DNA of 64,000 bases, taken from the NCBI GenBank assembly GCA_964433225.1, contig CAYSQA010000002.1, positions 8,642 to 72,641 on the forward strand. Reading direction: 5' to 3'. The stretch is from an uncultured Pseudomonadales bacterium (lineage in GTDB: Bacteria; Patescibacteriota; Microgenomatia; UBA1400; PJMF01). Below the pieces are notes generated by a model. That model saw nothing but the letters and a program-made list of their open reading frames with translations, was not told the DNA's origin and made no database searches. Position numbers and translations under genes: made by a program. This document shows positions 36,198-45,480 of this stretch, piece after piece (position 1 is the first letter of the stretch; each line of letters starts with the position of its first letter).

Positions 36198-37769
36198 ATG
36201 TCATTTTTTAATAATTTATCAAAACTGTTTGGTGAACAACCAGCCGGTGAAAAAACACCAGTAGTTGTTAATAAAGAACAGGCGCCAAAAATTAAACAAA
36301 AACCTGTTTTAAAGCCAAAAAAGCAACATAGGGATAATAAGGTTTTACCTGAAATTGATTATAAGGCGATAGAGAGAGAGGCTCAGGCAAAAGCCAGAGA
36401 GATTATTGTTGAAGCCAAAGATGAGGCTTTGGCTATTAGAACTGAGGCTGAAAAGAAAGCTAGAACTCTAGAGAAACAATTAGAAGAACAACAACGTTTT
36501 TTGGAAACAAAGTTAGATCGTTTAGATGATCGTTTATCTGGTTTGGAAAGAAAAGAAGAAAACTTAGAGCGAGAAAAAGAAAAACTGGCTCAGGCTCGTG
36601 AAGAAATCGAAAAAACTAAGGAGAGATTACTTAATCGTTTAGAAAAAATTGCCAAGTTATCCAAAGAAGAAGCCAAACAGCTGTTGATGGATGGTTTGGA
36701 AAAGAAGATGGCCGATGAAATGGCCAGATATATCAAAGAACGAGAAGAAGTTGCCAAGCAGGAAGCCGATGAAAAAGCTGCTCAAATCTTAATTGATGCA
36801 ATGAAGTATGGAGCTACTGATAATGTGGCAGAATACACTGTTTCAGTGGTGAATATTCCATCTGAAGAAATCAAAGGGAAGATTATTGGTAAAAATGGTC
36901 GCAATATTCACTCTTTTGAACGTCGCACTGGAGTTGATGTAGATCTAGATGCAGCGCCAAACGAAGTCAAGCTTTCTAGTTTTGATCCAGTTAGAAGAGA
37001 GATTGCTCGTATTTCTTTGGAAAGATTGGTGAAGGACGGTCGTATCCAACCAGCCAAGATTGAAGAAGTGATCGATAAAGTCGAAAAAGAGATCGAAAAA
37101 ACTATTTTTGAGGCCGGTAAACAACTCTGTCATGCTGTGGGTGTTTACAATCTACCTTCTGGTTTAATTGCGATGTTGGGTCGTTTTAAATACAGATTTT
37201 CTTATGGTCAAAGCATGATTACTCATACTATCGAAGAAACCAAGATTGGAACCAAGATCGCTCATGAATTAGGTCTTGATGTCAACACGGTCAAACTAGG
37301 TTGTTTATTACACGATATTGGTAAAGTGGCTGAAGATCCAGATGATAACCATATTGCTCTTGGTGTCAGAATCGCCAAAAAATTTGGCATGCCCCAAAAA
37401 GTGGTTGATTGTATTGCTCAGCACCATGAGGACGAGCCTTTTTCCGGACCAGAACAAATGGCTGTTTATGTCGCTGATGCTATCTCTGGAGCTAGACCAG
37501 GAGCTCGTTATGAAAACCACGAAGAATACATTAAGCGTCTAGAAGATCTAGAAGAGATTGCTACTTCTTATCCAGAGGTTAAAAACGCTTATGCTGTTCA
37601 AGCTGGTCGTGAATTGAGAGTGTTATTAGAACCAGAAAAATCCAAAGATAATGACGTTGAAGTTTTGGCTACTAAGATTCGTGATGAGGTACAAGAAAAA
37701 GTGATGGTTCCTGGTAGTGTTAGAGTCACAGTGATCAGAGAAAATCGAGCTGAAGCAAAAACTAAATAA
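36198..37769 (+). CDS. rny: Ribonuclease Y
   Basis: Coiled-coil N-terminal region, KH domain (IIGKNGRNIHSFE) and HD domain (LLHDIGK). Confidence 0.9.
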   Translation: MSFFNNLSKLFGEQPAGEKTPVVVNKEQAPKIKQKPVLKPKKQHRDNKVLPEIDYKAIEREAQAKAREIIVEAKDEALAIRTEAEKKARTLEKQLEEQQRFLETKLDRLDDRLSGLERKEENLEREKEKLAQAREEIEKTKERLLNRLEKIAKLSKEEAKQLLMDGLEKKMADEMARYIKEREEVAKQEADEKAAQILIDAMKYGATDNVAEYTVSVVNIPSEEIKGKIIGKNGRNIHSFERRTGVDVDLDAAPNEVKLSSFDPVRREIARISLERLVKDGRIQPAKIEEVIDKVEKEIEKTIFEAGKQLCHAVGVYNLPSGLIAMLGRFKYRFSYGQSMITHTIEETKIGTKIAHELGLDVNTVKLGCLLHDIGKVAEDPDDNHIALGVRIAKKFGMPQKVVDCIAQHHEDEPFSGPEQMAVYVADAISGARPGARYENHEEYIKRLEDLEEIATSYPEVKNAYAVQAGRELRVLLEPEKSKDNDVEVLATKIRDEVQEKVMVPGSVRVTVIRENRAEAKTK

Positions 37770-37777
37770 AGGAATAT

Positions 37778-37990
37778 ATGCAAAACATCTATTTGGTAAT
37801 TCAGATTTTTTTGGCTATTTTAATTGCGGTGTTTATCTTACTTCAAGCTCAAGGCAGTGGACTGGGTTCTACTTGGGGTGGCGGGGGTGAAACTTTTCAT
37901 ACTAGAAGAGGAGTCGAAAAGGTAATCTTTACCATGACGATTGTGGCAATTATTTTATTTGCTGCGGTTTCCATCGTGTCTCTAATGTAG
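37778..37990 (+). CDS. secG: Preprotein translocase subunit SecG
   Basis: 70 aa with two TMs and the conserved LLQAQGSGLGSTWGGG region. Confidence 0.8.
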   Translation: MQNIYLVIQIFLAILIAVFILLQAQGSGLGSTWGGGGETFHTRRGVEKVIFTMTIVAIILFAAVSIVSLM

Positions 37991-38073
37991 CACCACCATA
38001 GGCTTGGCAAAGTTCTGATTTCTGCCTAGAATAAGGCTGGTAAAGTATTTATTATTATTTTGAAGAAGGCCTA

Positions 38074-39477
38074 ATGAGACGTTTTTATTGGTATCTAACT
38101 GCTTATGCCAAAAAACATGGTTGGATTCTAGTGGCTTCACTAGTTGGAGCAATTGTTGTATTTTCTCTCTTCATTCCTTTTTTGGTTGATCGAATTACTT
38201 TTAAACCCAAGGAATATATTGGGATGATCGGCAGTTTTACTATTAATACTTTGCCTAATGAAATTAAGAATCAGTTAAGTGCTGGTTTGACTCAGATAAC
38301 AGAAAATAAAGAAGTTAAACCTTATTTAGCTCAGCGTTGGGTGGTTGAAGATGATGGTAAACAATACCGTTTTGTTTTGAAAAAAGATATTTTTTGGCAA
38401 GATGGTAAAGAAGTTCTACCTGAAGATATTAACTACCAGTTTGTTGATGTTGAGACAGTTGCTACGCCCAATGACCTGGTGTTCAAGTTGCCAGATTCTT
38501 TTTCACCATTTCCGAGTGTGTTAGCTGAACCTGTCTTTCGTCAGGGAATTGAGAGTTATTTATGGTTTTTTAGTCGTCCGACATTGATTGGCATTGGTAA
38601 TACTAGAATTACTGACTATCAAAGAAAAGGTAATCGTTTAGAAGAGTTGGTGATTGAAACTCCAGAAAAAAAACTAGTTTATCGTTTTTACCTCACTGAG
38701 ACTGATTTAATTAATGCTTTTAAAAGAGGAGAAATAGATATTATTCCTGATTTAGCTGATCCAGAGGATTTAAGAGATTGGTCTAATGTGGAAATAACTG
38801 AACGACTCCAGACAAATCGTTACCTGGCTGTTTTCTTTAACAATGCTGATCCATTAATGACTAAAAATGTTCGTCAGGCTTTATCTTATGCTTTGGGAAC
38901 AGTTGACGATGGTACTCAGGCTAGAGGACCGCTTGATCCTACTTCATGGGCTTACCTAGAAGGTGGCAAAACTTATGAAAAAAATTTGGATCGGGCTGTG
39001 GAAAGATTGCTTGATGATTTGCCTAGGAAACCAATGGAGCTGAATTTAATTACCACTCAAACTTTTGAACAAGAAGCCGAGAGTATTATTGAACAATGGT
39101 CTGAGTTTGGTAAAAAGGCGATTGGTGAATGTCAAGTTGCCAAAGAGGTAGAAGATAAAGAACTTTGTGCTTTTTTGGAGATTAAAGTTAATCTTAAAGT
39201 TAGTAGCTTTCCAGATACCAATGATTTTCAATTACTATTAATAGGTCAAGAGTCACCCCTAGACCCTGATCAATACTTTTTGTGGCACTCAGATCAACCG
39301 ACTAACTTTACTAGATATAAAAACACAAGAATTGATAGTTTACTGGAGAAAGCTAGAAAAACCATTGATCAGGAAGAACGCAAAGCTTTGTATCAAGAGT
39401 TTCAGCAGTTTTTGTTGGAAGATCCTCCGGCTATTTTCTTAAGGCATTTGTATAGCTATGAGGTGAGACGTAAGTAG
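38074..39477 (+). CDS. ABC-transporter substrate-binding protein family 5-like (peptide/nickel type), membrane-anchored, orphan
   Basis: N-terminal TM. The size and general similarity fit SBP family 5. No adjacent permease or ATPase genes. Confidence 0.6.
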   Translation: MRRFYWYLTAYAKKHGWILVASLVGAIVVFSLFIPFLVDRITFKPKEYIGMIGSFTINTLPNEIKNQLSAGLTQITENKEVKPYLAQRWVVEDDGKQYRFVLKKDIFWQDGKEVLPEDINYQFVDVETVATPNDLVFKLPDSFSPFPSVLAEPVFRQGIESYLWFFSRPTLIGIGNTRITDYQRKGNRLEELVIETPEKKLVYRFYLTETDLINAFKRGEIDIIPDLADPEDLRDWSNVEITERLQTNRYLAVFFNNADPLMTKNVRQALSYALGTVDDGTQARGPLDPTSWAYLEGGKTYEKNLDRAVERLLDDLPRKPMELNLITTQTFEQEAESIIEQWSEFGKKAIGECQVAKEVEDKELCAFLEIKVNLKVSSFPDTNDFQLLLIGQESPLDPDQYFLWHSDQPTNFTRYKNTRIDSLLEKARKTIDQEERKALYQEFQQFLLEDPPAIFLRHLYSYEVRRK

Positions 39478-39499
39478 CTAAAAATTTATCCTATAATAA

Positions 39500-39528
39500 T
39501 TGACTATTTCGATATGTTTTGATATACT
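39500..39528 (+). promoter_or_regulatory. Sigma70 promoter TTGACT-N17-TATACT
   Basis: Consensus-like hexamers 100 nt upstream of the GC-rich ORF at 39632. AT-rich like the host genome. Confidence 0.45.
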
Positions 39529-39631
39529 TATTGGTATCAGTAGCTGACATTTAAGAAACCTCCCAAGTTTGTATTGGGAAAGTTTTTTGAAAAGTTCAAA
39601 TTCAAACTACTGATGTAACATCGGAGGAACA

Positions 39632-39925
39632 ATGACCAAGCGGTCTCTCCTCACGTTGGTTTCTTTGTTGCTCGCCTTCACCCTGGTGATTACTGGGTGT
39701 GGTGGAAGGGGAGACTCTGAATATCAACAGATGATGGGCGCTCTCGCAGTGGAGTGCATGGATGATGGAATGACTGGTCCTGCCTGTGAGCTGTACAATG
39801 CGCACAAGCAGGTGGAAGCAGCAGAGGCTGCTTTGCAGGTTGCTCAAGCGGCTTACGATGCGGCTCACGCACCCACTCCTGCTCCAACCAAGCAGGTCTC
39901 TCCATCAGCCACACCCTCTCGGTGA
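39632..39925 (+). CDS. Small lipoprotein, compositionally foreign (about 55% GC)
   Basis: Lipobox LVITGC. Ala/Gln/Pro-rich. GGAGG SD 5 nt upstream. Codon usage (CTC, GCC, CGG) is unlike the neighbouring genes. Confidence 0.55.
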   Translation: MTKRSLLTLVSLLLAFTLVITGCGGRGDSEYQQMMGALAVECMDDGMTGPACELYNAHKQVEAAEAALQVAQAAYDAAHAPTPAPTKQVSPSATPSR

Positions 39926-39946
39926 GCGGTGTTCATCATCAAAATA

Positions 39947-39981
39947 ATGCTCCACTTTTCTGAGAAAGACGAGTGGAGCAT
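39947..39981 (+). terminator. Hairpin ATGCTCCAC...GTGGAGCAT, putative terminator
   Basis: 9-bp stem with a 17-nt loop 21 nt after the 39925 stop, followed by TTATCTTT. Confidence 0.45.
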
Positions 39982-40037
39982 TTATCTTTAAGAAGCCTGG
40001 TTTATTATAAAACTTATAGAAATTTAGTCCTATAATA

Positions 40038-40066
40038 TTGACAAATTAGACATTTACTGCTATAAT
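40038..40066 (+). promoter_or_regulatory. Perfect-consensus sigma70 promoter TTGACA-N17-TATAAT
   Basis: Exact consensus hexamers with a 17-bp spacer. It predicts a roughly 390-nt leader before the 40467 ATG. Confidence 0.5.
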
Positions 40067-40466
40067 TTGACCTTGTATGAACTATTAAAAAACTTTTAAA
40101 AAAAGATCCCTAGCTCAAAGTCTTACCAGGATTTTGAGCTGAGGAGCTTTAATTGCTAATCAAGCACCGTGCTTGGCTTAAGCGAAAAAAACTTTTTCAG
40201 CATGGTAACTACTTTAAGTAGTTGCTCTTTAACAGGTGAGAAATTAATAACTTTTCTTTTTTATGGAAAAGAAGTTGCTGTGGTTTGTGACTCACTCAAA
40301 GAGAAACTTTATAGATATAGGTTTTTCTTTGAGTGAGTTAACCGGAGAAATCTGGTGAAACGATACCTCAACCCTACCTGGCCCCTCGTGATTGGGGGGT
40401 ACACCTACCTGAGCTCTGAGCACCTGGTCCGCTCTAAGCTCTTATAAAAAGAAAAGGAGGACCACC

Positions 40467-41183
40467 ATGAAACGTTTACTCGTTTTACTTCCCCTCGTTC
40501 TGTTGCTCTCTGCCTGCAATCCGGCTGCGGCCTGGGAAGCTCTTTGGAGCGACCCGGTTGCTGTAGTGGAAAATTGCTCCGGTACGACCTACGTTGACGG
40601 CCAACCCGTCAACTATAACGTCAAGCCGGGGTTCACGACCCACTATGGGCTGGATACTGCTACGCAGACCCGTTCTCTGAAGGTTGTGTGCGGTGAAAAC
40701 GGTGAGCTGGTCGGAGCCCCGACCCTCATTATCTTCTCAACCACGACCGAAGATGCGGTTTCAACAACAACCGGCTTCACCGATGCGATGCGCGCGGAAA
40801 ACAACCTTGTCAACCCGGCGCTGTTCGATGCCGATGACAATGCGGCTGGACATCCGGCTGGTTACCATGATATCGGAGTCAATCCCGGTCAAATTGGTAT
40901 CGTTTTCGGCTATCATCTGAAGTGGAATGGCTTTGATGCCATGGGTGGCGGATGCGACTTGGTCGTGTTGCCGCCCGGCTGGTACGAAAACTTCAGCATC
41001 GAAGATGGTCGCTATGAGGTGTACAACGTACCCTCTAGCGACTATGAAGGCTGGGTCGAAGTGCTGGTTTCCCAGCGGGTTAAAGAACAGGCTGAGCACT
41101 ACGCTTGCCCTACTACGGATTACCACGTTCGCGTGTTCACCGCAGACCCGTTGAAGAACTCCGCTTGGACCATCTGGCGGTAA
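40467..41183 (+). CDS. Lipoprotein of unknown function, compositionally foreign (about 55% GC)
   Basis: Signal peptide plus lipobox LLSAC. AAAGGAGG SD. The GC content is high enough that four overlapping alternative-frame ORFs appear in the track. Confidence 0.6.
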   Translation: MKRLLVLLPLVLLLSACNPAAAWEALWSDPVAVVENCSGTTYVDGQPVNYNVKPGFTTHYGLDTATQTRSLKVVCGENGELVGAPTLIIFSTTTEDAVSTTTGFTDAMRAENNLVNPALFDADDNAAGHPAGYHDIGVNPGQIGIVFGYHLKWNGFDAMGGGCDLVVLPPGWYENFSIEDGRYEVYNVPSSDYEGWVEVLVSQRVKEQAEHYACPTTDYHVRVFTADPLKNSAWTIWR

Positions 41184-41271
41184 GATTTCTCTACCTGTTT
41201 CCTCCCTAGCTAAAACTAGGGGGGAAACTCTTAGTACATCTTTTTAATAAAGGTGTTTTAAGAGTTTCCTT

Positions 41272-42180
41272 ATGTTTATTAATAATAAAATTATGAAAAA
41301 GCAGACAAGAACTAATCAACTTATTTCAATAGTAATGCCTGTTTATAATGCAGAATTGTATTTAGTGGAATCACTTAAAAGCATTATTAATCAGACTTAT
41401 TCTAATTGGGAGCTAATTGTTGTAGACGATTGTTCTACTGATAAATCTTTTCAAATTTTAAATAAATTTGCCCAAAAAGATAACAGAATCAAGGTTTTCA
41501 AAAATAAAAAAAGACTTGGTGTGGCTGGTACTGCTAATTTTGCCTTGAAAAAAGCCAACTCTAAGTTAATAGCTAGAATGGATGCTGATGATATCATGCA
41601 TCCTCAAAGACTAGAAAAACAAAGATTATTCTTATTAGAGAATAAAGATGTGGGATTGGTGGGAACTCAATGTGTTTTAATTAATAAAAGTGGTAAAAAA
41701 ATTGGTTATAAGTATTTTCCTACCAGTAATCAAGATATTTATAGAATGATTTTTCATTCAATTCCTATTCAGCAACCAACAGCCATGTTTAACTTGAATG
41801 TTTTGAACAAGAATATCTTGTTATATGACCAAAATAAAACCACTGCAGAGGAAGTTGAGGTTTTATTCAGAATTTTAACTTCTGTTAAAACAGCTAATCT
41901 GCCAGATGTATTGTTGTCATATCGTTTACATGGAGAAAATACTTCTTTAAAGAATCCTAAAAAAACTTTTTATTCTACGTTTTTGACTAGATTTAAAGCT
42001 ATTACTGAATATGGTTATGTTCCTTCTTTTACTGGTTTTGTGTTAAATTTAATGCAATTGGTTTTCATTAGTGTTTTACCAGGGAAATATATTACTCCTG
42101 TTTACTATTTTTTAAGAGTTTTAATTGGGAATGGAAACACTCCTATTAAGAACCTTGGTTTTTCTTCTATAATGCACTAA
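41272..42180 (+). CDS. Family 2 glycosyltransferase
   Basis: ISIVMPVYNAELYL...ELIVVDDCSTDKS GT-A signature and a DAD motif (RMDADD). Confidence 0.8.
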   Translation: MFINNKIMKKQTRTNQLISIVMPVYNAELYLVESLKSIINQTYSNWELIVVDDCSTDKSFQILNKFAQKDNRIKVFKNKKRLGVAGTANFALKKANSKLIARMDADDIMHPQRLEKQRLFLLENKDVGLVGTQCVLINKSGKKIGYKYFPTSNQDIYRMIFHSIPIQQPTAMFNLNVLNKNILLYDQNKTTAEEVEVLFRILTSVKTANLPDVLLSYRLHGENTSLKNPKKTFYSTFLTRFKAITEYGYVPSFTGFVLNLMQLVFISVLPGKYITPVYYFLRVLIGNGNTPIKNLGFSSIMH

Positions 42181-42182
42181 GA

Positions 42183-45100
42183 GTGCGAAAAATAAGAAAT
42201 TTTTTACTTGTGTTTTGGCCAGTTTTTCTGCTAGGTTTTTTTTCTAGTTTGGTTTTATTTTTAAATTATCAGCCGAGTACTTGGTTATTAGGTTGGGACA
42301 ATCTAGTTCCAGAATTTAATTTTTCATTAAATCTGAAAAGAGCTTTGTTTTCTGCTTGGCAAGAATATCAAGGTCTTGGTTTGGCTGGAGGAATGGCTCA
42401 TGGGGCTTCTCTTTCTAGAGAAATTATTTTGTGGCCATTGTCTTTATTTATTCCTATGAGTTTTATTAGGTATTTTTGGACTGGATTGATGTTAATAATT
42501 GGTCCAATTGGATTATGGTTTTTAACTAATTTTTTATTGAATCAAAAAGATAAACATAGGAACTTTCAATTAGCCAGTTTTATCGCTGGTATTTTTTATC
42601 TCTTTAACTTAGCAACTCTTCAATATTTTTACCCACCATTTGAAACATTTTCTGGCTTTTTTGGGTTTTTCCCTTGGTTAGTTTTTTCTAGCTTAAAGTT
42701 TTTAACTACTAATAATAGAAAATCAGCTTTTAAGTTATTAATAATTTCTTTTTTGTCAACTTCTGCTTTTCAAGTTCAAACTATGTTTGCCGTTTATGTA
42801 TTGGTTATGGTCACATTTTTGCTTAACTTTATTTTTAGTAGTGGATCTTTTAAAAAAATACTTGGCTGGATATTTATTACTTTAATTGCAAATTTATTTT
42901 GGTTAATTCCAGTTGGATATTTTACTTTTTTTCATAGTTCAACAAATATAGAGGCTAAACAAAACCAATTGGCTACTTCTGAAGTGATTTTAATGAATCA
43001 AAATTATGGTGATTGGTCTGATATTTTATCTTTACGTGGCTATTGGTTTGATTATTTAGATAAAAATGAAGATGGTAACTTAGTTTATTTATTAACTCCA
43101 TGGATAAACTATTTAGATGAATCTTTGCTTTGGATAATTAGAGGAATTGTAATTAGTGGTTTGTTAGGTTCAATTGTTTTTTCAGTAAGTTGTCGTAAAA
43201 AGTATTTTTCTTGGTCTCTACTATTATTATGGGTTTTAATCTTTTTACTTTTAACTGCTGGTAAAGAGCCACTTGGTTTTATTTATCAGTTTTTTGAAAA
43301 ACATATTCCACTTTTTAGTCAAATTTTTAGAACGACTTTTACTAAGTGGTCAATGGCTTTTGTTTTAGTTATTTCAATTGGTTTGGCTGTGATTTTTGAT
43401 TTAATTTATCAAAAAATATTTAACTGGTTGAAGCCAGTTTTAGTTACTTTGGTTGCTTTTTTAATCGTTGTACCAGTTTTTCCTTTTTTTCAAGGTCAGC
43501 TTATCTATCAAAGAATGAAGGTTAATTTGCCTGCAGAATACTTGCAGCTATTTAGTTTTTTTGATCAACAACCAAAACAGTCAAGAATAGCTTTATTACC
43601 AGCAGAGTCTGTTTTTGGGTGGGATTTTTACGCTTGGGGATATAGAGGTAGTGGTTTTTTATGGTATGGAATAGAACAACCACTTTTATCTAGAGCTTTT
43701 GATGTTTTTTCAAAAACAGACGAGAATTTTTATCACCAATTTTCAGCAGCTCTCAGAGCAAATGATAGTAATCAGATTGGTGGTATTTTGGATTTGTATG
43801 ATGTTGATTATTTATTTTTGGACAAAAATATTGTTACAAATACTGGTTTTATTGATTATGAAAACCTTATAAAAGCCTTATCTTGGGAGTTGGTTTTTAC
43901 AGAAAATAATCTTTATGTTTGGCAGCGACCAGAATTAAGTAATTCTTTTGTTAGAGTTAATTCTTCTCTGGATTTTGTTAGTATTGATAATAGTTTTCAA
44001 GCAAGACTGCTTCCAGATTATATTAATCATTCCATTAAGCCATTAAATCAAGAACCGTTTTTAGAGTTACCTTTTATTGATTTAACCAAACAGGAGATTG
44101 ATAGTGTTGATTTTCATCAAAATGTTGTGTCATTTTCTAGAAAAATCAGTCAAACTGGTAAATTTAAACTTTATTTTCCTGCTTGGAAAGAAAAAGATCG
44201 AGTGGTAGTTTTTGCTAAACTAAAACTAAATGATGGGGTGATAACGATTAAATTTGCCCCGACTGCTAGACTTAGAGTCGCTGGTCAAGAGTTTTTGTTA
44301 CCTAGTTTAGGTAGTTACAAAATAGATTATGCTTTAGGTAAAAACATCGAGAAAGTTGTTTTAGATATTAATGATCAAAACTTAGTTTTAATTGAGGGTA
44401 AGGAAATTGATGTACCATTTTTTGACCTGGTTGTTGGTGAACCAATTAATTTATTAGTCAACGAGGTTATTGGTGGTAGTGAAGAAAGAGGCCTGTTTTT
44501 AAAAAGTGGTGGAGGTCTCAACTTAGAAATTGATTCTAATGTTTGGCGAGACTGGTTATCTGAATCAACTTTTGATTTTCAATTAACTGAAAGTAATCAA
44601 ACCATAACAGTAGATATTCCATCTTTTTCTTTAGACTTAATTGATTATTTAAAGTTTTCTGAAAATGAAACAAACTGTGATGTTTTTGATCGGGGGAATG
44701 TTAAGAAAAAAATTAATGATGATTCAATTAGTTATCAAACTAGTGAATTTGGTACTTTTTGTGAAAGTTTAAAACTAACTGATATTGATACTAATTATGA
44801 TTTTTTAGTAAGAGTTGAGGGAGAAAGTTTTAACGGTCGTTCTCCCAAGTTTTTAGTTACTAGTGCTACTGATAATTTCACCTATTTAGAGAATTTATTA
44901 TCTGACAAAAAATTTAAAGCTAATTATTTATTTTTGGCACAACCTTTTGAAAAAGAAAATTATTTTATTAATTTTGAATTCAAATCTTTTGGAGAAGTTT
45001 TAACAGAAGCAAAGTTAAACCAACTTGAGTTGTTTTATTTATCTTTACCAATAAAATCATTGAGTAGTTTATATTTAAAACCAACAAACTATCAACAGTT

Positions 45101-45446
45101 TGAAAATGAGACGGTTATTGATCAAGTGAGTAAATTTGGAACATCTTTTTACAAAGTTAATATTAACGTTGAAACAACTAATGGTTTTATTTATTTATCT
45201 CAGAGTTTCGACAAGTTCTGGGTTGCTTTATCTTTTAATAATGGATTAAAAATTTATCCACATTATGTTTATAAAAACTGGGCCAATGGTTGGTTGGTTG
45301 ATCATGGCCAACATCAAATTTACTTGATTTATTTACCTCAACTATTGGTTTTATTAAGTTTGTTTGTTTTAGTTGTTAGTTTAATTATTTTATTTCCTAA
45401 AAAGAAAAAAGCTAATCAAGAATTATTAGATTTTGTTGAAGAATAA
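42183..45446 (+). CDS. Large polytopic membrane protein with C-terminal extracytoplasmic domain (possible GT-C-type transferase), GTG start
   Basis: 1087 aa. About 12 TM segments in the first roughly 500 aa, then a large soluble region and a final TM anchor. The start is GTG at 42183, as in the ORF track. Confidence 0.55.
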   Translation: MRKIRNFLLVFWPVFLLGFFSSLVLFLNYQPSTWLLGWDNLVPEFNFSLNLKRALFSAWQEYQGLGLAGGMAHGASLSREIILWPLSLFIPMSFIRYFWTGLMLIIGPIGLWFLTNFLLNQKDKHRNFQLASFIAGIFYLFNLATLQYFYPPFETFSGFFGFFPWLVFSSLKFLTTNNRKSAFKLLIISFLSTSAFQVQTMFAVYVLVMVTFLLNFIFSSGSFKKILGWIFITLIANLFWLIPVGYFTFFHSSTNIEAKQNQLATSEVILMNQNYGDWSDILSLRGYWFDYLDKNEDGNLVYLLTPWINYLDESLLWIIRGIVISGLLGSIVFSVSCRKKYFSWSLLLLWVLIFLLLTAGKEPLGFIYQFFEKHIPLFSQIFRTTFTKWSMAFVLVISIGLAVIFDLIYQKIFNWLKPVLVTLVAFLIVVPVFPFFQGQLIYQRMKVNLPAEYLQLFSFFDQQPKQSRIALLPAESVFGWDFYAWGYRGSGFLWYGIEQPLLSRAFDVFSKTDENFYHQFSAALRANDSNQIGGILDLYDVDYLFLDKNIVTNTGFIDYENLIKALSWELVFTENNLYVWQRPELSNSFVRVNSSLDFVSIDNSFQARLLPDYINHSIKPLNQEPFLELPFIDLTKQEIDSVDFHQNVVSFSRKISQTGKFKLYFPAWKEKDRVVVFAKLKLNDGVITIKFAPTARLRVAGQEFLLPSLGSYKIDYALGKNIEKVVLDINDQNLVLIEGKEIDVPFFDLVVGEPINLLVNEVIGGSEERGLFLKSGGGLNLEIDSNVWRDWLSESTFDFQLTESNQTITVDIPSFSLDLIDYLKFSENETNCDVFDRGNVKKKINDDSISYQTSEFGTFCESLKLTDIDTNYDFLVRVEGESFNGRSPKFLVTSATDNFTYLENLLSDKKFKANYLFLAQPFEKENYFINFEFKSFGEVLTEAKLNQLELFYLSLPIKSLSSLYLKPTNYQQFENETVIDQVSKFGTSFYKVNINVETTNGFIYLSQSFDKFWVALSFNNGLKIYPHYVYKNWANGWLVDHGQHQIYLIYLPQLLVLLSLFVLVVSLIILFPKKKKANQELLDFVEE

Positions 45447-45480
45447 ATAATGTCAGCTTGTTAGTGTTTACTAACACTTA

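Noticed and set aside
40643-41154. Four alternative-frame ORFs (40643-40840, 40684-40920, 40761-41126, 40927-41154) inside the GC-rich lipoprotein gene.
   Set aside because: High GC suppresses stop codons in all frames. Only the frame with signal peptide, lipobox and SD is credible.
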